Part shown: in pieces, positions 41,716-55,300 of the stretch
Position numbering within the stretch: position 1 is the first letter of the stretch
Layout: each line of letters begins with the position of its first letter
NCBI GenBank assembly: GCA_002269645.1
Contig: NIVC01002114.1
Location: 1-64,000, forward strand
Length of the DNA stretch: 64,000 bases
Direction: 5' to 3'
Origin: Macrostomum lignano
Taxonomy: Eukaryota
Program-made: the position numbers and the translations under genes
The notes under the pieces: generated by a model
Seen by the model: the letters and a program-made list of their open reading frames with translations, nothing else
Told to the model about the DNA's origin: nothing
Databases searched by the model: none

Positions 41716-42926
41716 TCAACACTTGATAAACTCACCATCGGTCAAGTGCGGCGGTTTGGGCAATTGAAAGTTGCCAATGCGCAGGATCTGATAGATTTCC
41801 GTGTGCTTCTTGCCGCCGCATGTCTCGGCTCGGTTGCCCAGGCACAGGAGGCCACACATGCCATCCTCGGTAGCGGCCTGCTTGCGTAGGGCGCTGCCGC
41901 AGTAGCAGAGATTGCCAGCTTTCATGCCGTAGAATTTCATCTGCTTCTGAGAGCAGAATCTGCGACAGATCTCGCTAGACAGAGCGTTGTCCTTCTTCTC
42001 GATAACGTCTAGTAGGACAGACTGTTTGTTGTCGTCGTCTTTGTAACAGCCGTAGAATGCCGCAGCGGTGACTGAAGATTGCAGTACGAGTTCCAATTTC
42101 ACTGACACGGACCATGCAGGCTTATGGATAGCATACGTATAGACACACTCCCACCTTTTATCGTCCATATACAGAACTAAACCCCACGAGGGTCAACCCT
42201 CCAGAGAGTGTACCTGCCTGATGATTAGGGGGTTGTAGCCTATAGTAGTTAGAGCGTTGGACTTCACGATTGAAAGGTCGGTGGTTCGATTCTCGATCCC
42301 ACTGGAACCCCCCAGTCCTTGGACTGAACAGCCGTACGCAGACTGCCCTTCAAGAATTTCAGCCTAAATAGTCCCGTCTACTCGCGCGCTTTAGTAACCA
42401 ACCTTCAGTGGTCAGCTTGTCAAAAAAGGTGACGTCATTGATTTTGTAGACGGACATTTCCGACTTCCCGCCGCACTGCTGGGACTTGTCGCCTGGACAG
42501 GGCAGAGAGCACTTGCCGGCGTCAGCCAGGCTGGAGTGCATCAGATTGTTGCCGCAGTAGCACTCCGAGCCGGACTTCAGGCCAAACAGTTTGTAGCCAC
42601 GTTTAGCGCAGGCGTTTAAGCACTTGGTTCGAGACATGCCCTTTGCGTTGATCTCTTTGCGGCCCTCGATAGTTGGTCGTTGCGCCGTGTCGGTATAGCA
42701 ACCGCTGAATGTCAGCTCGTCGACTGTTCGGGGTTTATCATCGTTACAGGTGCCCAATTAGGATCGGGGAAATTTATTGTAAAGTTGAGAACATTTTAAA
42801 ACACAGGCAGGACTTACACATGTCCTTTTTAGGCTGCTCACTTGCCGATGCTGCATTGGAAATTTGAACCGTCAAGCAGACAAAGACAATTGAGAGAACG
42901 AGCTCCGACCTGATTGATGAAGACAT
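41716..42926 (-). CDS. Secreted WSC-domain protein C (signal-WSC-WSC)
   Basis: Exons 42926-42842, 42723-42403 and 42071-41716; the last either stops at 41716 or uses the G|GTGAGT donor at 41736 to an unidentified exon. Two WSC motifs (FSGCY..C.NAC..GYKLFGLKSG.ECYCGN..CSLPCPGD..QCGG; FYGCY..CRRFC..FYGMKAG.LCYCG..C.GN..ETCGG). Confidence 0.88.
42229..42345 (+). mobile_element. tRNA-derived SINE (head intact, body deleted)
   Basis: A-box-like TAGCCTATAGTAG, B-box GGTTCGATTC, tail CCCCAGTCCTTGGACTGAACAGCC shared with the 60499 copy. Confidence 0.75.
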
Positions 42927-43004
42927 GCCTTTTAATCGCCCTAGTGATGCCGGTCTGAAATGAGAATTACTACTCACGATACAGCAGATGGAAAGAATCT
43001 ATCC

Positions 43005-43293
<289 letters not shown>

Positions 43294-44265
43294 CATATAG
43301 TGCAGGAAAAACTCACCACTTATAATATATCCGTCTGTTTAATGGCTGAAACAGGCAGAACAGTTTTCAATGCAGGAAAAGACCAAAGCAAGTACCAGTG
43401 CTGCCAGTGCAGAAGCAAGCATAAAATTATTGCTAGCAACAATTTCTTTTGCTGCTCTGAGTGGAGATTAGAAGACAAGGTGGCTTTTGCCCAATAGCAG
43501 GCAGTCACGTTATGGTAGCAAGTTGGAGCAGCGGTTGCACAGGAAAGTATTGACTGACTCATTTATACATGACGAGATCAACTTACTTTATTGAGTTGTT
43601 TTCAATAGCGATTATGCGCCTTACAACACAAATCGATACTGCAGCAATTGCTTCTACGACTACGCTGTCGAATTCCTTGCTTTTTTGTAGGAAAAAGGTT
43701 CAACTACTATAGTGATTCTGTATACAATAATATAGCATTTAAAAAGTCAGATTGGCCCAATTTCTCTATTCTTAGCGGAAGAACCAAGCTATTCAAGACT
43801 TGCTTTTCATTGTCTATGGCCCAGAATGGGTGGGTAGCATGGATGAAGGAATAGAAAGGATTGCTCATCTGAAAACGAGTCTATGACCAAAACCTACTAA
43901 AAATTGGCATATTCCCCCCCCCTCATGAATTTCATTGGCTGCTGCAATGTAATAATAAGTCCCCCCTAAGTTCTTACTGGCTGAAGCTCGTACGCAGGGG
44001 AAATTCCAAAGTCACGGATTAACGCGCATAGGAAAAGAATGCATTGTCAAAAATCAGCCTTTAGGATAATGCAATCGTCTATGGTTAAACCATGAGCACA
44101 TTTATTTATTTTTTCACTTAAACTTCAGGATAATGATTTCAAACTCGGGATAATGGACACCTATTTTTAGAACAAAACAGCAAACACCAACAACAAAAGA
44201 TTAGCGCTATGGAAAGTTAATTGTGCAGTATCAATATGGCGCAATTGTCATAGTGCCGAAGACCA

Positions 44266-45680
44266 TTACAGATTGCAATTGTTGAAAGTGCAGTTGTTCA
44301 TAATAAAGATATTCCGACAGTTCATCTGACGACCATCAGACACGCTCACTGCTTCTTGCACGATGAACTTTGGATGCTGATGTCAGCAGGCATTGTTACT
44401 TGACCGTGGGTCGCGGCGCTTTGTCCCATGTTCAACGCACGCGACACTGCATCGCTGCATTGTTGCAGGGACTTGTCCCGTTTAACTGCCAGGTAGCGCC
44501 GGACCGTGCTCTCGGACTTTTGACCCGTGATAGCCATGATCTCGCTCATCGAATGCCCAGCCGATTCCAGGTCACACACTCTGCTAACTCTAGAACAATT
44601 GAGCAATTGAACTGTAAATTAGACTCAATCAGACACAAGTTGAAAACATCACATGCACTTCCCCGACCAACTGACTCACCGAATGCTATGATTGGTGTAT
44701 TCCTTAGACAGCTTCGCTTTTTTGCTCAGCGCCTTCATGAAAGTCCTCAGGTAATTTATTCCTCGTTTCTGCTTCGAGCAAAATCGTCTGGTGCTTCCTG
44801 CATTCTTCAGTGGCCTGGGAAACAATGAGTCGTTCTTCGTCTCCGTTGGTAATATAGCCATGTAGTCGTCCACAATTCCAACATCGTAGATTCTCGCCTG
44901 CTTTACGTCGATGTCACGCTTGGCTCGATTGGGATCGGCAGACTTGTTTTTGGAATTCAGTACAGGCAATGCGTAGTACGGTCTTCCATCCGAGTCTTCG
45001 CGCTTCACCAACCACTTCTTGGATTCAATCGACTCCAGATGTTCCCTTCCTCATTCTCCTAGGCCGTACATAACGCGAAATAGAAACTCATCCTGAGTGG
45101 TCTCTGCACTTGATCTGTCGAAATACGTCCGTAGCTTCTCCATATCACCCTCCTCGATTGGCGGATATGATCGAACCTGACCGCCGGAGTTGTGCCATTC
45201 CCTGACTTTCATTCGGAGCATTCTATTCGCTAGAACGAATTCCTCACCATCGATAATGTTGATCGTTAATCCAGCCACCATAGTCAGAAAGCGCTGTATC
45301 CCGGCGCGGATGCACACAAGACTTGCAGGCGAGTATGGACCGCCATCATGGCGACGCAATTGGTAGTAGTAATACCTAAGAAACTCACACATCTCAACAC
45401 GACTCAATTCATGAACAGCAGCTCCATGTTCGCGAAGGAACTGCACAAAACCGTTACCATGAGCAATCATCTGCTCTCGCGTCTTGGTTGGTAGGCTCAC
45501 TATTTCATCTTTCGTCATTGCCTCTTGCATATCCAAAGGAACTCGTTTCGGCTCAGTTTCATTCTCTCCATCCTCTTCAGCTGGAGCATCATCCTCGGCC
45601 GGTAGCAGAGGCAAATCATCGGCAGTATCACCGCTCTCAAGAAAGTGCAAGAAGTTCAAAAAGTCTTCGTTATCCTTCAT
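44266..45680 (-). pseudogene. Crypton-like tyrosine recombinase (DUF3504-type) with a spliceosomal intron
   Basis: YSPASLVCIRAGIQRFL, F..ANRML, GLGE*GREHL, NSKNK, LFPRP, KALSKKAKLSKEYTNHSI-R (CG|GTGAGT intron 44679-44590, TTCTAG|A), IMAITGQKSESTVRRY; a C-terminal NNCTFNNC motif in a shifted frame. In-frame TGA at 45053-45051. Confidence 0.88.
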
Positions 45681-46011
45681 GTCCTTCTGAGATGTGGAAA
45701 GTCTTTAGATCCAATTGAGTTCGCTGCTAGATACGTTGGCTAAACTTTCGACAGGCAGATTGCCCCAGTTGATCGGATATGACGTCTGGTTCTCCATGGC
45801 CAAGCGAATGTAGCTATTTACGTTTTATTCTCTCTTTCTCTCCACATCTCCTTCCTTTCCACCCTCTTAACCCCCAGCCTGTTTGCAACTTCGTTGTCTA
45901 TGGCCCAAACTCCAGTAAACCACCTCAGTCTTTATGTCTCTCTCTCCTCGGTAACCCCTCTCTCCTTTCGATGCCCTTTTTGTCTATGGCCCCACTGAAA
46001 TTCGACAATGC

Positions 46012-46360
46012 GGTTATTCGTAAGTGAGACTTTAGGATAATAGTCCGGCTCATGAGTGCGCGCATTTATGTCTTTAAAATAATGGTTGGTTATTCGTAAG
46101 TGAGACTTTAGGATAATAGTCCGGCTCATGAGTGCGCGCATTTATGTCTTTAAAATAATGGTTGGTTATTCGTAAGTGAGACTTTAGGATAATAGTCCGG
46201 CTCATGAGTGCGCGCATTTATGTCTTTAAAATAATGGTTGGTTATTCGTAAGTGAGACTTTAGGATAATAGTCCGGCTCATGAGTGCGCGCATTTATGAG
46301 CCGGACTATTATCCTAAAGTCTCACTTACGAATAACCAACCATTATTTTAAAGACATACA
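46012..46360. repeat. 76-bp tandem array (~3.7 copies) ending in a ~62-bp perfect hairpin
   Basis: Units start 46012, 46088, 46164, 46240; inverted copy about 46296-46359. Confidence 0.92.
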
Positions 46361-48539
46361 AGTAACATGGCCTGACACTACATTTTCCCTCTTTTGCCTG
46401 GTAAACAAATTTTGCCTCTTGAGTCTTGATAGACCAGCAGTTAGTTTGAAAGAAAGGAGGCAGTGATTGAAACAAATAACAAATTGTTGCAAAAGTTAAG
46501 AAACAAGACAACTTGTTGGGCGGAACTTGGGGTGGGATTGAAGCTGGAAGCTGAGGCGAAGCTGGGTATTGCATAGTAATTCTTTACAATGGGTATTGTT
46601 TTTTTCTTTTTCCATTGCGAAAGACCCTTGAGAAAACAACGAGTTTGAGTCTGGAGACAAATACTTGTCGCACAGCACAGTATTTCGCGTTCTATTATTA
46701 AATTCCAGCAGCCAATGAAATTCATGAGGGGGGGATATCCCAATTTTTAGTAGGTTTTGGTCATAGACTCGTTTTCAGATGAGCAATCCTTTCTATTCCT
46801 TTATCCATGGTGGGTATAGTAGACGAAGGTCCGAACTCGGGATAATGGGTGGGGGGCACTCGTGCGTTTAATAGACTGCTTATCATAGCTTTTGGCCATA
46901 GACTATGTTTTCTAAGAATAAAGGCACAGAGGGGGAGAGAGGGTGGAGAAAATGAAAGCAGTTTAGCAAGTTGTTTACACCTGCAAGCTTTTTTGGCTTT
47001 TAAACTTATCAAAGTCAATTCAGCTGCCTTTGTTTATATAAAATAGCTTATGCATTCTTCTTTGCTACTGAACTGAAAGTAGAAAGCTGCTTTACTAAGT
47101 ATATATGCCTAAGTGGCTCATCTGGTTATTCTAGTATCTGTGGGCCAAACCAGCCGAGACAGATATGGACACAGTGGCAATGTTTTGGATGACGTGACCG
47201 TCATTTGCAGGTCTTTTGAAATATGATCTTCTCTATGAAACGCTCTCACAACTTTCGGTTGCCGATGAAGACCATTCAACCCGCTTGGATTCGCCTTGGG
47301 CCCAGCATTGTATTTTCGATTGCATTGAAAGTCACTTAATTGCGTAGGTTCCGAGCTTGCGGAAGGAACTGTCGGCCCTGTCACCGTCTCTTAGAAGGGC
47401 CTGCGGACCAAAGCTTGTCTCGATGCTTGATAAGATTGGGCCGGCTGGCTTTTAGCCCAGATCCAGCTCGACCCATCGTTTAATGACAGGAAATCCCAGT
47501 TGTACATTTATAGCCATAGAAATTCTAGGGATCCCATCATTAAACACCGTTAGTCCCTTAAAAGTAGGCCGGATCACCATGGAGGTACTCCGATTACCCT
47601 AAATCGAGGACGCCGTTATTCGCAAAATATCTCGGCATTTAGAGGTCGAAGAAAGTCGGCTTTGGTGTCGTTTTATTCCAGAGTATCCAAAAATGAATTT
47701 CAAAAAAAGCAATCAATTTCTCACCCCTTAGAGAAGAACCAAGACGTGTTGGCCATAGACAATCAAGTTGGGCATGTGCAGTTAATGAGTGGACGAATCA
47801 CATCACCTAAACTCCAGCTTCATTATTAGCCATAGACTATAAATTTGCTCCCACTGCTAAAAATACATTGCGACATGAAGTGGACCTGGTGGACCTGTTT
47901 TTGGCCATTAAGAGACGTCATTGTCACACAACCGGAGAGAGGCTTTACTGCCCATTCTGCAGACTTCCCTGAGCAGGCGCACACGCTCACACAGGGTTTG
48001 TCAGCTTTGTCAATTTTTAGTTTGTCAGCTGATAGTTAAAACAAAACTGGAAACGTGATATTTGTTTTAATGCAAGCCTTTCCTATCTCGATTTGGAAAA
48101 AACAAAGAGTCTTATTGTTTATCAATCTCTGATCCCAAAGCGTTTTGAATAGAAAAATACGTAGGAATAAGCCAAACCGGCCGCTGCAATTTCATCCGAG
48201 TACCACTACTAACCACTGTCACTTCTGCTTAACTTGCAAATTAATTATTAACGACATCCCTAACAGATCGAAATGTGCATGAGTGCTGTGCCTGCGTACA
48301 GTATCTGCTCGCTTGTGTGTACTCAGAAGTCGGCGGAATGGGCAGCGCTGTTTGCAGCTAAGGACGCCGTTAGGGTACCTACAGCCCTCCTGCCACTATT
48401 GTCAATCAAGTCGCATAAATAAACGTTTCCTAATTAATTCACTTTTATATTATTTGGTTCTTATTGCCAATTTCACACGCGGCTCACTGCAATTATTGAT
48501 TGTAAGTTTAAATCAGTTTGGTATATTTAGATTATAGAT

Positions 48540-51150
48540 TTAGATTTTCTCGATTGCGTAGACGTCAACTTCGTTGTAGCCGCCGCAATGAATATTCGCG
48601 TTTCCATAGCAGGGCACGTTGCAGCTGCGCGACATTTGCGTCCGATAAAGGCGCACATCGCAGAAGCATTTGTTACCGCTCGATACGCCGAAGAATTCGA
48701 ATTTTCTCTTGTAGCACAGGTTGTAGCAAACCAGCGGAGTGAGGTTGTAGTAGAACCCGAAATTTGTACTTAGCGCATACTCCCAAAAGTTTTGCTTAAA
48801 GCAGCCCACATGACGAGAGTTCTCCAGCTGATTCGGGTTGGGCGGCCGCAGAGTGGGCTTGGGAGTTGTGGTGGCGAATTCAAGACTGGACTTCTCGTTA
48901 GAGTCTAAAATATAGGATGCAAAACTACTTGAAATGAAGATTTCATCCGTTGTGACTTGTGTACCACAATTAATTTGACTGATTTGGTTTTGTTAATGGG
49001 GTTATGGCAATTGGGTTTGGGTAAGGGTCGGCAGTCAATTTCTGTTACCACCTTGGAAACATTAATTGGTGTTGATTAAACATCAGCTCAAGTGAGGTGG
49101 ACTTAAAACTTTATCAACGGCCTTGCCAATGGAATGGCTAATTGGTTGGCAAAGTAAACGGGTAGCATTTTGCATTATCATTGGCACCACTCAAACAAAA
49201 TATTGGCAACCCCCCCCCCCTAGAATAGCTTTGGCGCCCCTAGTTTTAGAGCCCAACGATGACGTCCCACGATGACGTCCCCACTTTGACGTCCCATGAT
49301 GACGTCCTACGATGACGTCCCACGATGACGTCCCATGATGACGTCCTACGATGACGTCCCACGATGACGTCTCACGATAACGTCCCACGATGACGTCCCA
49401 TAATGACGTCCCACGATGACGTCCCATGATGACGTCCTACGATGACGTCCCACGTTGACGTCCCATGATGACGTCCCACGATGACGTCCCACGATGACGT
49501 CCCACGATGACGTCCTACGATGACGTCCCACGATGACGCCCCACGATGACGTCTCACGATGACGTCCCACGATGACGTCCCACGATGACGTCTCACGATG
49601 ACGTCCTACGATGACGTCCCCACGATGACGTCCCACGATGACGTCCTCAAGATGACGCTCCCGAAGAATTTTTGATGGGGTGGTCATCAAAAAACCGATG
49701 ACCACCCCAAGATCCGGAAGTCCTGCCTCAATCTGCAGATACATGCATTAATTAAGCTAGTATTAAGAAAAAATATTTACTTTACAGTAAAAATTTACCA
49801 TATAGGTAGCTTCTTATCCTATCCAGTTGGTACACGTCGATCGATGCTTCACCGCCGCAAAGTTCTTTCGGATAACCCGAGCAAGGGAGTTGGCATTTAT
49901 CTGACGAGGCCCTCGCGTACGAGTGCATCCTGTGGCCGCAATAGCAATCCAAGCCGTTCTTTAGGCCGAAGTACGAGTAGACTTTAAAGGACTCGCAGAA
50001 ATAGTAGCATTTTTTTGGCGACATGAAACGGTCGATTTTTCTTTTGCGAAATTTTAGCACGCCATCGCCGTACCATGGTTCGAAGCAGCCCTCGTAAGCT
50101 TCCTCAAATGCTGAAGTGTAGAGTATACAATCGCTCAGAATATAATACAGGCTTTATTGCTTCTGTGTCCTTGTCTGCTTGCCTGTCTGCCTGTCTTAGC
50201 TAGTGTATAGTCTATAGTGCCTGCTTTAGTTAGTGTATAGTGTCTGTCTTAGCTAGTGTATAGTGTCTGTCTTAGCTAGTGTATAGTGTCTGTCTTAGCT
50301 AGTGTATAGTGTCTGTCTTAGCTAGTGTATAGTGTCTGTCTTAGCTAGTGTATAGCGTCTGTCTTAGCTAGTGTATAGTGTCTGTCTTAGCTAGTGTATA
50401 GTGTCTGTCTTAGCTAGTGTATAGTGTCTGTCTTAGCTAGTGTATAGTGTCTGTCTTAGCTAGTGTATAGTGTCTGTCTTAGCTAGTGTATAGTGCCTGT
50501 CTAGTGCCTGTCTATAATTAGTACAATCTGTACTAATTAAAACGGTGAGTTTACTCAATCACATAGAAGCTATCACAGCAGCTAGCATAGATAAGCTAGC
50601 ATAGATAAGCTAGCATAGATAAGCTAGCATAGATAAGCTAGCATAGATAAGCTAGCATAGATAAGCTAGCATAGATAAGCTAGCATAGATAAGCTAGCAT
50701 AGATAAGCTAGCATAGATAAGCTAGCATAGATAAGCTAGCATAGATAAGCTAGCATAGATAAGCTAGCATAGATAAGCTAGCATAGATAAGCTAGCATAG
50801 ATAAGCTAGCATAGATAAGCTAGCATAGATAAGCTAGCATAGATAAGCTAGCATAGATAAGCTAGCATAGATAAGCTAGCATAGATAAGCTAGCATAGAT
50901 AAGCTAGCATAGATAAGCTAGCATAGATAAGCTAGCATAGATAAGCTAGCATAGATAAGCTAGCATAGATAAGCTAGCATAGATAAGCTAGCATAGATAA
51001 GCTAGCATAGATAAGCTAGCATAGATAAGCTAGCATAGATAAGCTAGCATAGATAAGCTAGCATAGATACTCACTTCTACTGCCCGCTATCAGCGGTACT
51101 TCAACAACAGCAGCCAGCAGAGCAAACAGCAGACAGGCTTTGGGCAGCAT
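48540..51150 (-). CDS. Secreted WSC-domain protein D (signal-WSC-Thr/Pro linker-WSC)
   Basis: Exons 51150-51075 (MLPKACLLFALLAAVVEVPLIAG), 50110-49799 and 48904-48540; phase 1; YEGCF..C.YFC..YSYFGLKNG.DCYCG..C.LPCSG..ELCGG and HVGCF..C.NLC..FEFFGVSSGNKCFC..C.VPCYGN..IHCGG. Confidence 0.9.
49255..49655. repeat. 13-bp minisatellite
   Basis: GATGACGTCCCAC units. Confidence 0.95.
50190..50500. repeat. 23-bp minisatellite
   Basis: TGTCTGTCTTAGCTAGTGTATAG units. Confidence 0.95.
50580..51068. repeat. 14-bp minisatellite
   Basis: GCTAGCATAGATAA, about 35 copies, starting right at the WSC D exon 1 donor. Confidence 0.98.
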
Positions 51151-52352
51151 TCTTTTAATTTAAAATCGAGTCAAATATTGGTAATTTATTTGAGATGAAA
51201 CTTCTTTCTTAAGAGTCTCTTAAAAGATCGGTCTTTATAGCATTTCAATTTTAGCAAGCAACATTTTTTGCTTTTTTACTAACTTTTACAATCTGCAAAG
51301 CAATGCATTGAATTCCTTAAACTTATGAAAAAAATTTTCTGTTTCGGCTTCAATTCCTCAAAATTTTCGAATGGTATTGATCGCAGTTTTTTCTTCAAAT
51401 ATTTAACCACAATTAGTCTAAAACAAAAAAGTTAGGTATGGAATGTCGGAACTGAAGAGCAGATATAATTATAATAACAAAAACATGCACAAGAAAAAAG
51501 TTGAATTATCATGACGTGTTTTTACTTCGTAGGCTAATCGCTGGCTTTCTAATTGGTTCCGGCTGACATACATGTAATTATCTATAGTAAACTTAAGCAC
51601 ATGCTCATTTAAGATCAGATATTTTTAGGGCCTTGGTGAGGGGGGGGGGTTGCATGCTTTAAGCTTGGCAAGCAATCGCAAAAGCAATAGCTACCAATAA
51701 CACACATTGGGCATACAGCTTCAGTTTAATCGCGTTCATAAAATTCAACTGCGCAGGGTAGCGCAGTGTGCCTTTGCGTTTGCAGGTGTTTAAATTTATA
51801 TTCTTTTATTAAACATTGCATCAGAAATAATCAGTATGCAAGAACCCTCCTTAGCTTTGGGTAATTTTTTCCTAGAAATTCCTATTTCAATAGTAGCCAG
51901 TAGGCCAGTACAGTAAACAGTATAGCTTACTAGAGTGTAGCTATTGCCTCTCAATAAAAAGCCTCTTACAGCGTTGTCACAACAAAGCAAACAGCGAGCT
52001 AGATTTAATAGGCATATCACACCAGGAATGAAGAGAGAAATGAGACGAGATTTAATGTACAACAAGCGCGTTAAACCGGCCGACCCCTTATCTTCCCCCC
52101 AGGCCCAGCAGAGAGCGATTATATAGGGTGAATGTACATCTAATGTACACTCGGGCTCAAAGGGACAGAGGGGTAGACTTTCTCTCCGCACACCCTCTAA
52201 CCCCCGCATCAGCTGACCCTGCCTTACCCTAGAACGGCCCAAACGCTGTACGTATTTATATATTTTAAAGCGGTTCTATCTATCCTGGCGGATTCAGGTT
52301 TAGTTTACTTGGCTTCAGCTTTTCAGCCATCAATCTTAGCACTGAGACAGAA

Positions 52353-55300
52353 ATGGCTGAGAAATTGCTATTATTGCTACTCCTTGTTGCCTTCGCTGCT
52401 GGCACTCCGCTAATCTACAAGCCGATGCACCGGCCTCTCACTGACTCGCTAATTGACTATGTGAACAGCCAGAAGCAAAGCACCTGGACGGCTACAAGGT
52501 ACAATCGATTCAAAACCCTAGCCGATGTCCGAGTCCTACTGGGAGTCCTGCCGAATCCCAATCCGAGCAGCCTGCCGGAGTTAAGCTACCCCGAGTCCGC
52601 TCTCAAAGATTTGCCAGAGGAATTCGATTCTCGCAAACAATGGCCGAATTGTCCAACTATTGGCGAAATACGTGACCAGAGCAACTGCGGATCCTGTTGG
52701 GCATTTGGCGCTGTTGAAGCCATGTCTGATCGGCACTGCATCCACAGCGGTGGAAAGGTGCTTAGTTATAATTAAAATAACTTTTCATTTGCTGGCAACC
52801 TTTTATTGTAAATTGGTCAGTGGTGCAGTAGTATACAGTTCCAAACTTTTAGATGGTCCTGTAGTTTTGGGAATTCCCGTGAGATGAGAAATTCCTGTAG
52901 CTTTGGGGATCCCCACTGAGATAAGGAATGGGAAATCCTGTAACTTTGGGAAACCCCACTGAGAAGGAATGAGAATTCCTGTAGCTTTGGGGGATTCCCA
53001 CTGAGATAAGGAATTCCGCTTTGGGGATCCCCACTGAGATAAGGAATGGGAAATCCTGTAACTTTGGGAAACCCTACTGAGATAAGGAATGGGAAATCCT
53101 GTAACTTTGGGAAACCCCACTGAGATAAGGAATGAGAAATCCTGTAACTTTGGGAAACCCCACTGAGAAGGAATGAGAAATCCTGTAGCTTTGGGGGATT
53201 CCCATTGAGATAAGGAATTCCTGTAGCTTTGGGGATCCCCACTGAGATAAGGAATGGGAAATCCTGTAACTTTGGGAAACCCCACTGAGAAGGAATGAGA
53301 AATCCTGTAGCTTTGGGGGATTCCCACTGAGATAAGGAATGGGAAATCCTGTAACTTTGGGAAACCCCACTGAGATAAGGAATGAGAAATCCTGTAACTT
53401 TGGGAAACCCCACTGAGAAGGAATGAGAAATCCTGTAGCTTTGGGGGATTCCCACTGAGATAAGGAATTCCTGTAGCTTTGGGGATCCCCATTGAGATAA
53501 GGAATATGGGAAATCCTGTAACTTTGGGAAACCCCACTGAGAAGGAATGAGAAATCCTGTAGCTTTGGGGGATTCCCACTGAGATAAGGAAATCCTGTAA
53601 CTTTAGGAAACCCCACTGAGATAGGGAATTCCTGTAGACTCAGGGATCAAGGTATTAAATTAGATACATGTAAACCTGGTAATAAACAATATTTCCTCGC
53701 CAAAATCGCTGCAGTCGAAGCCGCACCTGAGCGCCGAGGACCTGCTGAGCTGCTGCGGCTTCTCCTGCGGCATGGGCTGCAACGGCGGCTTCCCCGAGGG
53801 CGCCTGGCACTACTGGAAGAGCAAAGGCCTGGTCACGGGCGGCCAGTACGGCACCAAGGACGGCTGCCAGCCCTATTCGCTGCCGCACTGCGAGCACCAC
53901 ACCACCGGAGAGTACCAGCCCTGCACCGGGGATTCACCGACACCCAAGTGCACCAAACAGTGCATCAAAGAGTACAATAGCACTTATCAGCAGGATAAGC
54001 ACTTTGGTGAGGCTGTGTACTTTGATAATTTACATGTCAGTTTTGGCGCCTTCCTGACCCGAGTCACTAATTGTGGCGCCTTCCTGACCCGAGTCACTAA
54101 TTGTGGCGCCTTCCTGACCCGAGTCACTAATTGTGGCGCCTTCCTGACCCGAGTCACTAATTGTGGCGCCTTCCCGACCTGAGTCACTAATTGTGGCACC
54201 TTCCTGACCCGAGTCACTAATTGTGGCGCCTTCCTGACCCGAGTCACTAATTGTGGCGCCTTCCCGACCTGAGTCACTAATTGTGGCGCCTTCCTGACCC
54301 GAGTCACTAATTGTGGCGCCTTCCTGACCCGAGTCACTAATTGTGGCGCCTTCCTGACCCGAGTCACTAATTGTGGCGCCTTCCCGACCTGAGTCACTAA
54401 TTGTGGCACCTTCCTGACCCGAGTCACTAATTGTGGCGCCTTCCTGACCCGAGTCACTAATTGTGGCGCCTTCCCGACCTGAGTCACTAATTGTGGCGCC
54501 TTCCTGACCCGAGTCACTAATTGTGGCGCCTTCCTGACCCGAGTCACTAATTGTGGCGCCTTCCTGACCCGAGTCACTAATTGTGGCGCCTTCCCGACCT
54601 GAGTCACTAATTGTGGCACCTTCCTGACCCGAGTCACTAATTGTGGCGCCTTCCCGACCTGAGTCACTAATTGTGGCGCCTTCCTGACCCGAGTCACTAA
54701 TTGTGGCGCCTTCCTGACCCGAGTCACTAATTGTGGCGCCTTCCTGACCCGAGTCACTAATTGTGGCGCCTTCCTGACCCGAGTCACTAATTGTGGCGCC
54801 TTCCCGACCTGAGTCACTAATTGTGGCGCCTTCCTGACCCGAGTCACTAATTGTGGCGCCTTCCTTACCCGAGTCACTAATTGTGGCGCCTTCCTGACCC
54901 GATTCACTTTTTGGCGCCTTCTGACCGGAGTCAATCACTAATTTGGCGCTTTCCTGACCCGAGTCAGTCACTATTTTGGCGCCTTCCTGACCCAAGAGAA
55001 GTATTTTTTAGCACTTCTAAGCGTTTGAATTAAGAAAATGTTCAATAGATAAAAACCTGAACTAAATTGAAATTGTACAGGTGCCTCAGCCTACTCAGTC
55101 AGATCTAATGAGCAGCAGATCATGACCGAGATCATGACCAACGGGCCAGTGGAAGGTGCATTCACTGTCTACGCCGATTTCCCATCCTACAAGTCGGGAG
55201 TTTATCAGCACACAACCGGAGGCAGCCTGGGCGGACACGCCATCCGCATCCTAGGCTGGGGAGCGGACGGCGGCACGCCCTATTGGCTGGTTGCCAATTC

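Larger units (their letters stand above)
43838..46809. mobile_element. ~3-kb element with ~120-bp TIRs and 8-bp TSD carrying a tyrosine recombinase gene
   Basis: Left arm 43838-43957 (CATGGATGAAGGAATAGAAAGG...) is the reverse complement of 46693-46809 with few mismatches; flanks GTGGGTAG / GTGGGTAT. Confidence 0.8.

Noticed and set aside
47118-47500. Moderately GC-rich stretch with short ORFs
   Set aside because: No recognisable motif in any frame I translated.
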